Below, piece after piece: positions 20,783 through 30,178 of a DNA stretch of 57,015 nucleotides (the first letter of the stretch is position 1; each line of letters starts with the position of its first letter). The notes beneath the pieces are model-generated. The model made no database searches, was not told the DNA's origin, and saw only the letters and a program-made list of their open reading frames with translations. Source of the DNA: an uncultured Collinsella sp. (GTDB taxonomy: Bacteria > Actinomycetota > Coriobacteriia > Coriobacteriales > Coriobacteriaceae); the NCBI GenBank assembly GCA_902493615.1, contig CABUQK010000001.1:1-57015 (forward strand), given 5' to 3'. Made by a program: the position numbers and the translations under genes.

Positions 20783-20834
20783 GTAGGGATGGGGATGCGC
20801 TTTGATGCAGGCTCTCTTGGAGGCCCTGGGTTCG

Positions 20835-21254
20835 TTACGCGAGCTCGGCTCCGAGGGCCTTGCAAGCGGTCTCGCCCTCGTCGTCGGGCGCGTCGTAGCA
20901 GATGGTGGAGTCCACGACGTTGACGCCCGCCTCGTCGGCGTCCGCCTTCCAGTTGTCCATCCATTCGCCCTCGGCCCACGAATAAGAGCCAAAGAGGACG
21001 ACCTTCTTGTCGCCGAGGGTCTCCTTGACCTCATCCCACATGGGCTGGAACTCATCGTATTCAAGCTCCTCGGAACCCATGGCGGGGCAGCCGAAGGCGA
21101 AGGCATCATATTCGGCGACCTTGTCGGCAGAGAAGTCGGCGCAGGAGATGACCTCTGCCTCGGCGCCGGCACCGGTTGCGCCCTCGGCAACGAAGTTTGC
21201 CATGGCCTCGGTGTTGCCTGTACCGCTCCAGTAGACGACTGCGATCTTGCTCAT
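20835..21254 (-). CDS. Short-chain flavodoxin
   Basis: YWSGTGNTE, GCPAMG, LFGSYSW; SD GAAAGGA. Confidence 0.95.
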   Translation of the reverse strand: MSKIAVVYWSGTGNTEAMANFVAEGATGAGAEAEVISCADFSADKVAEYDAFAFGCPAMGSEELEYDEFQPMWDEVKETLGDKKVVLFGSYSWAEGEWMDNWKADADEAGVNVVDSTICYDAPDDEGETACKALGAELA

Positions 21255-21300
21255 ATGTCTTCCTTTCGGTTGTGCGGCGTGCGGCCGCGTTTTGTATGCT

Positions 21301-22005
21301 CTATCGGGTTGCCTGGACAAGTTGTCCCAGAGTGCAGCCCTGTTGATAGATGTAGGTAAGGTATTGCGTGCATGCGCGATAGGAATCGAAGGTCGTGAGC
21401 GCCTGCTCAACGTTTGTGTATACCTTCCATGCGCCAAAGACCTTATAGTTTTCGCCGTGCTGGACGATAAACTGATGGACATCTTCGTAGGGATAGCCCA
21501 AAAAATAGCCAATTTCGTGGGGGAACTCGCACATGCACCCCGTATCGCAGTGCCTATTTCGCGCGAGCGCGCAGACGCTGCCGTCATAGGCGCTCTCTGC
21601 GGCATTGCTGCTTGCCAGCGTGATGCGCGCGGCGAGATGCACCAGGGACGCGGGCAGGTTGTGGACATCGTAACCTTCGGCGGCAAGCGCCGTCGTGGCG
21701 CGGGGGTCGGAGAGGTATCGCATGAGGTCTGCAGGGCGGTACACATAGATGAGCGCTCCGCAGGGGCGCCAGACCAAAACGCTCATATGGATCCCGAGTG
21801 GCTGGAGCTCGCGGTTGCATTGGGCTATGACGGCGAGCAGGCGAGAGCGTCGCTCTTCGATATGGGCGGCGCTGGGTTTTCCGTTTTGGTTGGCGTAAAC
21901 GCCGGGATAGGTAAAGAGCGAAGCCGGCTTGATACCTGCGAGCGTAGGGGAGCAGTTGCGCACGACAGCCGTTTGGTATGTTGGGATGTCAATGGTTCGA
22001 GTCAC
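21301..22005 (-). CDS. DUF3793-family protein
   Basis: CSPTLAGIKPASLF, FPHEIGYFLGYP, GAWKVY; precedes flavodoxin. Confidence 0.85.
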   Translation of the reverse strand: MTRTIDIPTYQTAVVRNCSPTLAGIKPASLFTYPGVYANQNGKPSAAHIEERRSRLLAVIAQCNRELQPLGIHMSVLVWRPCGALIYVYRPADLMRYLSDPRATTALAAEGYDVHNLPASLVHLAARITLASSNAAESAYDGSVCALARNRHCDTGCMCEFPHEIGYFLGYPYEDVHQFIVQHGENYKVFGAWKVYTNVEQALTTFDSYRACTQYLTYIYQQGCTLGQLVQATR

Positions 22006-22180
22006 GATGCCCCTTTCGGGTCCTCAGTTGTTAGCCTAGGAAAACTTATACACGAAAGTAAGCCATGGTCAACAAAAAAGTTTGAAGAGGGAAACTAATT
22101 GACCGAACAGACATGATTTTGGGTTAAGATGGGGACACCCCATGGGGGTATCTAGATAGGGCTACTTGAAAGGGGAACGC

Positions 22181-22564
22181 ATGAGTGACTTGCTCAGCCC
22201 TGCGAATTTCATCGTGCTGGCCGTCATTGCCGTCGGCATGTTTTTTGGACTGCGTCGCATTGCCGCTTCGACACACGGGAAGAGTTGTTGCAGCGATGGT
22301 GCGAGCGGCAAGAAGGCCAAAAAGGTTGTTGTGGTGGATACCGATGCGTCACACTATCCCTATAGCGATGAGCTGCTCATCGGCGGCATGAGCTGTGACG
22401 GCTGCGCTCAGAACGTAGCCAATGCCCTCAATGCGCTGGATGGCGTGTGGGCAACGGTGACGTATGCGGATCACACGGCACGTGTGCGCTCTAAACAGCC
22501 GGTTGACCGCGGTGTCCTCGAGACGGCCGTGAAAGACGCGGGCTACTACGTCATGACGCTGTAG
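22181..22564 (+). CDS. Membrane-anchored heavy-metal-associated (HMA) protein
   Basis: N-terminal TM helix, SCC motif, GMSCDGC. Confidence 0.88.
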   Translation: MSDLLSPANFIVLAVIAVGMFFGLRRIAASTHGKSCCSDGASGKKAKKVVVVDTDASHYPYSDELLIGGMSCDGCAQNVANALNALDGVWATVTYADHTARVRSKQPVDRGVLETAVKDAGYYVMTL

Positions 22565-22590
22565 GCCTTGCCTTGGATGCGCTTCCTTGG

Positions 22591-23016
22591 CTAGGCTCGT
22601 CCGCGCAGTTCGATGTCTTGGATATCGTCGAAGTCGATGGCGATGTCTTTGAGCTTGAGGAGCTTGAACGCGGGAAGCACTTCGTCGAGAATGCCGGTGC
22701 GGCTGCGATAGCCGTATGTATCGTAATAGGTGACGCGCACCAGGTCGCCGCGTTTGAGGTCCTTGAGCTTTTTCGAAAGCTCGAGGGCTTTTTCTTCCGT
22801 GAGCTCGCATTTTGGCTCGGCGGTGATCTCTTGTTTGCGCACGAGCTCGTAGTATCCCGTGAGGGCGGCAAAGGGCATAAACTGCGCGGCCCGGCCGGCA
22901 CGGACGGCGCCGTTAGCGGTGAGCTTGGGGTCGGCGGAACGACGTCTTCCCTCGGGGTCCGCTAGACGTTCAAAAGGTGTCGGTGGCCGTATCGGCTGTT
23001 GTTGGGGCTTAGGCAC
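22591..23016 (-). CDS. YolD-like protein
   Basis: RAAQFMPFAALTGY motif, V.VTYY; overlaps polymerase stop. Confidence 0.85.
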   Translation of the reverse strand: MPKPQQQPIRPPTPFERLADPEGRRRSADPKLTANGAVRAGRAAQFMPFAALTGYYELVRKQEITAEPKCELTEEKALELSKKLKDLKRGDLVRVTYYDTYGYRSRTGILDEVLPAFKLLKLKDIAIDFDDIQDIELRGRA

Positions 23017-24514
23017 GGTGTCCTCCTACCTGATCGTTGCGTTCGCGTGCGGTGGCGCCGGCGGTAAAGCTTAATCCCTTGACGAGCGCGTTCTTGCCGT
23101 ACTTGCCTTTCACGGCCAGGACGGCGCGCGCCAGGTCGCGCTCGCGCTCATCGGCCTCGATATTGCTGAACAGATCGATGGTGGCAAATTCCTCGGGCAT
23201 GAGGTTGCCAAAGCCCAAGTTGACGCGCTTGACCGGTCGTTTGGGATCGACAGTCTGCGCCCAGAGCTCATCGAAATAGCCCATGATCTTCTTAAACGAA
23301 TTGGTGCGCTCGGGCAGCTTTCGCGAGGCGTTAGAGTGCGCGAAGAGCGCGGCATAGCCACCACGCGGTTTGCCGCCATGCTCTCCCACAAAGATGCCAT
23401 CGATTGCCTGCGCCTCGCGCACCAGACGACGCCGTTCGTCATCGCACTGGACGGGCTTGGGCGCACGGGGCGCGAGCTCGGGGCCGGTGGTTGCGGTGGG
23501 TTCGATGCTCGACGTGCTCGAGCGCAGGTGTCCGCACCCGTCCACATATTGCGCAGTACCGCTGGCATCGAGCCTACGGATGTCGGCGCGCTCACTCGCG
23601 TAGCCCACAAAGAGCGAGATACTGTCACACACCACGTGCTTATCGACCAAGTCTAGTACGGCGTTGTCGACCATCTCGCGCAAGACGGTGTAGGCCTGTT
23701 CGTAGGCATAGCCTTTCGAGAGCACCTGTCCTGTGGTAGTTGAGGTCGCCTGCGGACGATAAGCCTGGATATCGGCGATGGTTGTCGGCTCGCGCCCAAA
23801 GGCGTGGTCGATAAGATACTCGGCATTGACGCCGAGCTCGTCGTAGAGCAGGTTTTCGTCGAGCGCCGCGACGCCCATCAGGTCGTAGACGCCGTATTTT
23901 TCGAGTCGTGCTGCCACGCCGGGCCCGATGCCCCAGATATCGGTGATGGGACGATGGGGCCAGATCTCCTTGCGAAAGGTCTCGTCGTCGAGTATGCCGA
24001 TGCGGCTGGGTACGTGCTTGGCAGTAATGTCGAGCGCTACCTTGGCCTGGAATAGGTTGGGGCCGATGCCGACCGTCGCCGTGATGCCGGTGCGCGCGAG
24101 GACCTCGTCGCGCAACATGCAGGCAAAGCCTTTGGCATTGGTATGGTAGAGGTCTAGATAGGGCGTCACGTCGATAAAGCATTCGTCGATGGAGTAAACG
24201 TGCACGTCTTGCGGACTCACGTATTCCAGATAGATGCCGTAGATTTGCGCCGACACCTCCATGTAGTGCTGCATGCGCGGTACGGCTTTGATGTAGTCGA
24301 TGCCGTCGGGAATCTCGAACAGACGGCATCGATTGTGTATCCCGAGGTCCTTCATGGCCTGTGTGATGGCGAGGCAGATGGTCGTGCGTCCGCGTGATTC
24401 ATCGGCAACGACCAGGCACGTAGTGAGTGGGTCGAGTCCGCGGTCGACGCACTCGACGCTGGCGTAAAACGTCTTAAGGTCGATGCAGATATAGGTGTGA
24501 CGCTCGTGCCCCAC
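23009..24514 (-). CDS. Y-family error-prone DNA polymerase (UmuC/ImpB/UvrX-like)
   Basis: CIDLKTFYASVEC, YSIDECF, DIWGIG, C-terminal QVGGHRA. Confidence 0.93.
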   Translation of the reverse strand: MGHERHTYICIDLKTFYASVECVDRGLDPLTTCLVVADESRGRTTICLAITQAMKDLGIHNRCRLFEIPDGIDYIKAVPRMQHYMEVSAQIYGIYLEYVSPQDVHVYSIDECFIDVTPYLDLYHTNAKGFACMLRDEVLARTGITATVGIGPNLFQAKVALDITAKHVPSRIGILDDETFRKEIWPHRPITDIWGIGPGVAARLEKYGVYDLMGVAALDENLLYDELGVNAEYLIDHAFGREPTTIADIQAYRPQATSTTTGQVLSKGYAYEQAYTVLREMVDNAVLDLVDKHVVCDSISLFVGYASERADIRRLDASGTAQYVDGCGHLRSSTSSIEPTATTGPELAPRAPKPVQCDDERRRLVREAQAIDGIFVGEHGGKPRGGYAALFAHSNASRKLPERTNSFKKIMGYFDELWAQTVDPKRPVKRVNLGFGNLMPEEFATIDLFSNIEADERERDLARAVLAVKGKYGKNALVKGLSFTAGATARERNDQVGGHRA

Positions 24515-24526
24515 GCGTCCTCCCAT

Positions 24527-24558
24527 CAAACACATGTTCTTATCGAATACATGTTCGA
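24527..24558. promoter_or_regulatory. Two tandem LexA (Gram-positive SOS) boxes
   Basis: CAAAC-ACAT-GTTCT and CGAAT-ACAT-GTTCG versus consensus CGAAC-N4-GTTCG. Confidence 0.8.
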
Positions 24559-24587
24559 TAATACCCGCTCATTCGGACACCGTCAAA

Positions 24588-24622
24588 ACCTGCCAAAAAG
24601 GGACTGGTTTGTTTTGATAGGT
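24588..24622 (+). repeat. 35-bp REP-like palindrome, family B
   Basis: ACCTGCCAAAA-AGGGACTGGTTTG-TTTTGATAGGT. Confidence 0.75.
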
Positions 24623-24698
24623 ATGGTCGTGCGGTTGGATTGGGTTTTAACGCAGCTCTAAAGAGTGCGAAACAGCTCGGAAAACCTCGCTTCGTAGT

Positions 24699-25274
24699 AT
24701 GAGCCTAACGATTGATACCGCCTATACGCACGGAAGGGTTGTGGGAAAGATGGTCAATTATGGGTTTGGTATGCCAACGCGCCTTGTTGCGGATGGAGAC
24801 GTGGCTCGCTGGTGCGGACGATTGGTCGCTCACTACGGTGGCACCAAGGCACTGGTCGTGCTGGGAGGCGACAAGCACACGCGTGATGAACTCGTTTCGG
24901 CGGCGCTTGGTTCGCTCGATCGAGCTCTGCTCGAACGCGTACTCTTTCGTTGCGGCTTGGTCGGGGGCGACGGGGGAGACGATTTGGTCGATGAGGCCGT
25001 GGCCCTGGCGACCGACGAAGGCGTGGACTTTGTCCTGGCGATTGGCGATGCCGATACGGCGGGCTTTGCGCGCGAGCTCGCGCGGCGCATGGCGGCGCTC
25101 GATGCCGGCGAAGACGGCTTTGTGCCTTATGGATGCATTGTCTCGGAGGGCAAGGTACCTGCTGTCGTGGGAGCCGGCGAGGTGCCCGTTTTTGCCATCA
25201 TTGCGCCCGAATTGCTGGAGGGTATCGGGTCTCCTCTGCGCGAGCTGCTCGGCAGTGTGTGCGCCGCGGCCTAA
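24699..25274 (+). CDS. Protein resembling the N-terminal domain of iron-containing alcohol dehydrogenases
   Basis: MPTRLV, YGGTKALVVLGG, VDFVLAIG, PVFAIIAPEL; no C-terminal metal-binding domain; start may be 24750. Confidence 0.6.
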   Translation: MSLTIDTAYTHGRVVGKMVNYGFGMPTRLVADGDVARWCGRLVAHYGGTKALVVLGGDKHTRDELVSAALGSLDRALLERVLFRCGLVGGDGGDDLVDEAVALATDEGVDFVLAIGDADTAGFARELARRMAALDAGEDGFVPYGCIVSEGKVPAVVGAGEVPVFAIIAPELLEGIGSPLRELLGSVCAAA

Positions 25275-25275
25275 T

Positions 25276-25355
25276 ATCTGCCATAAAAGGATGGGTTAGT
25301 TTTGGTTGGTAAAGCGTTTGACCTGCCAAAATAAACCTGTCCCTTTTTGGTCGGT
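25276..25355. repeat. Inverted pair of family-B REP-like units (25276-25310 and 25321-25355)
   Basis: Second unit reverse-complements to ACCGACCAAAAAGGGACAGGTTTATTTTGGCAGGT, matching 24588-24622. Confidence 0.75.
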
Positions 25356-25473
25356 TGCCGTTTAGGGGCGGATTGGCAACGCTCGCTGATTATGGTCTTG
25401 ACCTGCGCTAGAATAGTGGCATCTGAATGTCCGGGCGCATGGAGGCGTGCGCCCGTATGCTGAGGAGGACTCT

Positions 25474-27168
25474 ATGGCAACTGTTGCCGCACCTATCGAT
25501 GCTACGTCGACTGCCGCTTGGAAGGCGCTCGAGGCTCATCAGGAGAAGCTCGAGGCCGAAGGTATCGACCTCAAGGCCTGGTTCGCCGCCGATGCCGAGC
25601 GCGTGAACAAGCTGAGCTTTGACGCCGGTGACCTGCACTTCGATCTGTCGAAGAACCTGGTGACCGATGAGACCGTCAAGCTGCTGTGCGATCTTGCCCG
25701 CGAGGTGAAGCTCGAGGAGCGCCGCGACGCCATGTTCTCCGGCGAGCACATCAACACCACCGAGGACCGCGCCGTCCTGCACACCGCGCTGCGCCGCCCG
25801 GCAAGCGAGAAGGGCCAGCTCATCGTTGACGGCCAGGATGTCGTCGCCGACGTGCACGAGGTCCTCGATCGCATGTATGCCTTCGCCGAGCGCGTGCGCT
25901 CCGGTGAGTGGAAGGGCGTTACCGGCAAGAAGATCGAGCATCTGGTGTCCATCGGCATCGGCGGTTCCGATCTGGGCCCGGTCATGGCCTACGAGGCCCT
26001 GCGTCCCTACGCCGACGCCGGTATCGACTGCCGCTACATCTCCAACATCGACCCCAACGACCAGGCCGAGAAGCTCAAGGGCCTGGATCCCGAGACCACG
26101 CTCGTGATTATCGTCTCCAAGACTTTCACCACGCTCGAGACCCTCACCAACGCCCGCGAGGTCAAGACCTGGATGCTCGAGCAGCTCAAGGCTCAGGGCG
26201 CCATCGACGGCTCCGATGAGCAGAACGCCGAGGCCGTGGCAAAGCACTTCGTCGCCGTCTCCACTGCGCTCGAGAAGGTCGAGGCCTTCGGTATCGACCC
26301 CGCCAACGCCTTCGGTTTCTGGAATTGGGTCGGCGGCCGCTACTCCGTTGACTCCGCCGTGGGCCTGTCGCTGATCGTCGTGCTCGGCCCCGAGCGCTTC
26401 CAGCAGTTCCTCGAGGGCTTCCATGCCATCGACGAGTACTTCTGCAAAACGCCGCTTGAGAGCAACGCCGTCGCGCTGATGGGCCTGCTCAACGTCTGGT
26501 ACGTCAACTTCTTCGGCTCCAAGAGCCACGCCGTGCTTCCGTACTGCCAGTATCTGCACCGCTTCCCGGCCTACCTGCAGCAGCTGACCATGGAGTCCAA
26601 CGGCAAGCACGTTCGCTGGGACGGCAGCGCTGTGACCTCCGATACCGGCGAGATCTTCTGGGGCGAGCCCGGCACCAACGGCCAGCATGCCTTCTACCAG
26701 CTGCTGCACCAGGGCACTGTGGTGGTTCCGGCCGACTTCATCGCCTTCGCCAATACTGCCAACCCTGCGACCGATAGCGGCCAGGACGTGCATGAGCTGT
26801 TCCTGGGCAACTTCCTGGCCCAGACCAAGGCGCTCGCCTTTGGTAAGACGGCCGATGAGGTACGCGCCGAGGGCACGCCCGAGCAGATCGTCCCGGCCCG
26901 CTGCTTTGAGGGCAACCGTCCGACGACCTCGATCTTCGGTGACACGCTGACCCCGTTCGCGCTCGGCGAGCTCATCGCCCTGTATGAGCACATCACGTTT
27001 GTCGAGGGCACGGTCTGGGGCATCGACTCCTACGACCAGTGGGGCGTCGAGCTGGGTAAGCAGCTTGCCAAGCAGATCACCCCTGCCTTCCACGATGACG
27101 CCGCCAAGGCCGAGCAGGACGCTTCGACCCAGGCGCTCATTGAGTTCTACCGCGCTCACCGCAAGTAG
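25474..27168 (+). CDS. pgi: Glucose-6-phosphate isomerase
   Basis: [47 protein letters not shown]. Confidence 0.98.
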   Translation: MATVAAPIDATSTAAWKALEAHQEKLEAEGIDLKAWFAADAERVNKLSFDAGDLHFDLSKNLVTDETVKLLCDLAREVKLEERRDAMFSGEHINTTEDRAVLHTALRRPASEKGQLIVDGQDVVADVHEVLDRMYAFAERVRSGEWKGVTGKKIEHLVSIGIGGSDLGPVMAYEALRPYADAGIDCRYISNIDPNDQAEKLKGLDPETTLVIIVSKTFTTLETLTNAREVKTWMLEQLKAQGAIDGSDEQNAEAVAKHFVAVSTALEKVEAFGIDPANAFGFWNWVGGRYSVDSAVGLSLIVVLGPERFQQFLEGFHAIDEYFCKTPLESNAVALMGLLNVWYVNFFGSKSHAVLPYCQYLHRFPAYLQQLTMESNGKHVRWDGSAVTSDTGEIFWGEPGTNGQHAFYQLLHQGTVVVPADFIAFANTANPATDSGQDVHELFLGNFLAQTKALAFGKTADEVRAEGTPEQIVPARCFEGNRPTTSIFGDTLTPFALGELIALYEHITFVEGTVWGIDSYDQWGVELGKQLAKQITPAFHDDAAKAEQDASTQALIEFYRAHRK

Positions 27169-27200
27169 TCGCTGCTGTTAACGCATCGCGTCTTATAGTC

Positions 27201-27234
27201 AGGGGCCCGTATCCTATCGGATGCGGGCCCCTTT
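27201..27234. terminator. Terminator after pgi
   Basis: GGGGCCCGTATCC/GGATGCGGGCCCC plus TTT. Confidence 0.75.
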
Positions 27235-27309
27235 GCTTTGCCGTGGTCCCGGGGCGCACGGCCTTTGTGGAACATCGCCGGGGCGCCGCGCGCTGCGAGA
27301 ACCCTGCGC

Positions 27310-28614
27310 CTAGATCTCGGTCTCCGCATGGCCTCGCTGCGCCTCGGGCAGCTCCCCGTAGAGCGGATGGTCTTCGAGCCTAAAGCGCTCGACCTGTTCG
27401 GGAATGCGACCGCGTACAAAGAGCCACGAGCGATCGATCGGCGTCGCCATGAGCGTGCTGGGCAGCGCGTCGGCGCGGTCAGAAAACACCCGGGCACTCT
27501 CGGGATCCTGGAACGCCAGCACCAGATGCGTGTCGCAGTTGCCCATGATGGAGCGTGCGCGTGCCTCGCCATAGAGCGCATCGAGCTGGTTGGTCGACTG
27601 CAACAGCAGCGTTGCCCAGATGTTGCGGCTTCGGATAATCGAGAGCACGTTGTCGATCTGGGGGATCTGCAGATTTGCGAAGTCATCGAGCATAAAGCGC
27701 ACGGGCACGGGCAGGCTGCCGTCGGGCCGCCTATCGGCCTCACGAATGAGGCCCATAAACGCCTGCGAAATAAAGAGGCCGGTCAGCGGATCGAGATTGC
27801 GGTCACTATCGCTCACGGTTACAAACAGGGCGCAGAGGGTGTGTCCCATGGAAGCGAAGTCCACCTGATGGCACTCACGATAGAGCTGTGCCGCACCGTC
27901 GAATCCCAGACACATGACCTTTTCGGCAAGGATGCCGACGATGCTCGCGTGCATGCGCTCGGCATTTTGCGTAATGGCGTAGCGCCGCCATAGCGAGAGG
28001 GCATAGCTTTGGGGGTCGGTCGTGATCAGGTCGTCAAACAATCGACCCGTGGCACCGTCCTGCAGGTGCTCGATCAGCTTGATGACCGAGCTGATCGTCT
28101 GCTCGTCGGCGGGTAGCTGTTCGGTGACGTAGGCGATAAGACACGACAGCAGGTTTGCCGCCGCATGATCCCAAAAAGGCTGGTTGTTGTCCTCGATGGG
28201 GCAGATGGCCTTTGCCACCGAGAGGATGTCCTGCTGGTTGGGCCTGCCGTCCGCCTTGAGGCGAATGTGCCTCAGGGGGTTGTAACCGCAGCGCTCGATG
28301 CCGGGCGCAAGGGCCGGGACGGTGTTGAGGTCGGCGAAGTTGAGACATTGCACGCGGTAACCGTGGGCTGCCAGCACGGGTCCCACTTCGCGACAGAGCG
28401 TGCCTTTGGTGTCGAGCACGATGTAGCTTGCGTTCATTTGCAGCAGGTTGGGCTTGAGGACGTTTCGGGTCTTGCCGGCTCCCGAGGGGCCGATCACAAG
28501 TGCGTTGTTGTTGAGTCCCGTTTGGCGGGTGTCGCAGGAAAGCGTTCGATCCTTGGCGAGGATGGTGGACGATGCGGACTCAGATGCGGCGAGGCGGCTG
28601 GTGAGGTTAGACAT
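27310..28614 (-). CDS. Soluble VirD4/TraG-like P-loop ATPase
   Basis: Walker A GPSGAGKT, VLDTKG, YNPL, PFW, Walker B FMLDDFAN, RSRNI..LQS..QL..LYG..IMGNCD; SD AAGGAGG. Confidence 0.88.
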   Translation of the reverse strand: MSNLTSRLAASESASSTILAKDRTLSCDTRQTGLNNNALVIGPSGAGKTRNVLKPNLLQMNASYIVLDTKGTLCREVGPVLAAHGYRVQCLNFADLNTVPALAPGIERCGYNPLRHIRLKADGRPNQQDILSVAKAICPIEDNNQPFWDHAAANLLSCLIAYVTEQLPADEQTISSVIKLIEHLQDGATGRLFDDLITTDPQSYALSLWRRYAITQNAERMHASIVGILAEKVMCLGFDGAAQLYRECHQVDFASMGHTLCALFVTVSDSDRNLDPLTGLFISQAFMGLIREADRRPDGSLPVPVRFMLDDFANLQIPQIDNVLSIIRSRNIWATLLLQSTNQLDALYGEARARSIMGNCDTHLVLAFQDPESARVFSDRADALPSTLMATPIDRSWLFVRGRIPEQVERFRLEDHPLYGELPEAQRGHAETEI

Positions 28615-29224
28615 GGGCGACCTCCTTGGTGGTCGAGAGGATTTCGTGGGCAAAGCCGAGCTCGACGGCGCGCTCGGCCGAAAGGTAGGTGTCTTTTGCA
28701 GTGAGGGACTGGATGCGCTTGGGCGTGAGGCCGCTGCGGTCCGAGAGGATTTGCGTGAGGGTCTTGCGGGTCTGCATGAGACGCCGGCTGGTTTCCTGCA
28801 GCGCAAGTGCCGAGCCGCCTGCCCCCTGGGGGATCAGCGGGTCGTGAATCATGAGCTCTGCATGGGGCGCCATACGGCGATCGTCGCCGCCCATAAAAAT
28901 CACGGCGCCCATGGACGCGGCGAATTCCAGGCAGACGGTGCGGATGGGGCACGATGCGAGGCGCATGGCGTCATAGATCGCAAGACCCGATCGCACGCTT
29001 CCGCCGGCGCTGGCGACAAATATGGTGATGGGGCGGCTGGGGTCGGTGGCATCGAGCAGGCGGATCTGCTGGCATAGGTCGTGGGCCATCGGGGTTTCGA
29101 TGTTTCCCATGACGGAGAGCTCGCGACGGGCGAGCATCTCATCGTAAATGCTGGTGAGCGTGATACCTCGGGCGGATTCACGCATGGTGAGGGGGCTGAT
29201 GATGGGGGAATGATTGGTGTCCAT
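28607..29224 (-). CDS. ClpP-family serine protease (non-housekeeping paralog)
   Basis: SAGGSV..GLAIYDAM, AASMG (Ser), MIHDP (His), KDTYLSA (Asp); SD GAAAGGAG. Confidence 0.92.
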   Translation of the reverse strand: MDTNHSPIISPLTMRESARGITLTSIYDEMLARRELSVMGNIETPMAHDLCQQIRLLDATDPSRPITIFVASAGGSVRSGLAIYDAMRLASCPIRTVCLEFAASMGAVIFMGGDDRRMAPHAELMIHDPLIPQGAGGSALALQETSRRLMQTRKTLTQILSDRSGLTPKRIQSLTAKDTYLSAERAVELGFAHEILSTTKEVAHV

Positions 29225-29287
29225 GAGGACTCCTTTCTGTTGGTTGTGTTGTGGAATAGGATTGTTGCCCGCGGAGGGGCTGGCGGG

Positions 29288-30178
29288 CTACAGGGTTCGT
29301 CCGAGCCTGAGATCGAGCTCGGTTGTGGGGCAGACTGCCTGTTCGTGCGGCTCGCAAGCGCCAAGGGCTCCAAAGCGATGGAGCGTTGCGGCGGGCGTGG
29401 TGTAGGCGAGCCGCAGCTGATGCTCGACAGGGGCACATCCGTCATTTTTGTAATGAGCCGCGTAGTACTGCGCGATGCTGGCGTTCATCTCGCTGCCATT
29501 GCGATGGCGCTCAAACTGGCGTCTGCAGGTCTCGATGATCTTTGCTACCGACTTGGGTGCCGTCGCGGGAACAAGGGCGAGATAGCCCTCAAATAGCTCG
29601 TTGATGCTCAGGAGGCACAGCAGGTCGATCAGCGTCCTTATGGCTGCTCCCTCGGCAGAAAAGTGCGCGGTCATGCGGTTATATCGGTTGCGGTCGACGA
29701 TGGCCACATGGGGTCTTGGAGTTTTCTGCCCCGTGGTCCCGGGCTTTTGCCGCGCCTGTGTATTGAGCTCGACGTTGCAGCGCTTGAGGCCGTCCAACGG
29801 AAGGAACAGTGCGGTGCGCAGGGTGTTCCGCTTGCTTTCGAGTTCATGACGCTCGTCGGGTTCCCATTCGAGCTTGAGTTTCGTGTCGAGCGCCGTAAGC
29901 ATATGGGCTAGGCAGCCTACGGTAAGAACGTACGAATCGTTGTCGCGTTTTGGGGCATAGGGGTCTGTCAGCTTGCGAATGTCGGGGTCGCCCATGATCT
30001 TTGTGCAGCGCTTCAGCAGTTGAGGGTGGTCGGCCAAGATCGTCGCGAGCGGTAGCGACGCGTAGTTCTTGATGGTCGCGGCGGCAAAGGCGGCGTCATA
30101 TTCGTTTGCATATGCTCGCTCAATGCGGGCATCCAGAATGCTTTTCTTATCGCCGTCTTCAGCGTGGTGGTTTGTCAT
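29288..30178 (-). CDS. Hypothetical protein, 296 aa
   Basis: Long ORF, SD GGAG before ATG 30178; no recognised motif. Confidence 0.7.
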   Translation of the reverse strand: MTNHHAEDGDKKSILDARIERAYANEYDAAFAAATIKNYASLPLATILADHPQLLKRCTKIMGDPDIRKLTDPYAPKRDNDSYVLTVGCLAHMLTALDTKLKLEWEPDERHELESKRNTLRTALFLPLDGLKRCNVELNTQARQKPGTTGQKTPRPHVAIVDRNRYNRMTAHFSAEGAAIRTLIDLLCLLSINELFEGYLALVPATAPKSVAKIIETCRRQFERHRNGSEMNASIAQYYAAHYKNDGCAPVEHQLRLAYTTPAATLHRFGALGACEPHEQAVCPTTELDLRLGRTL

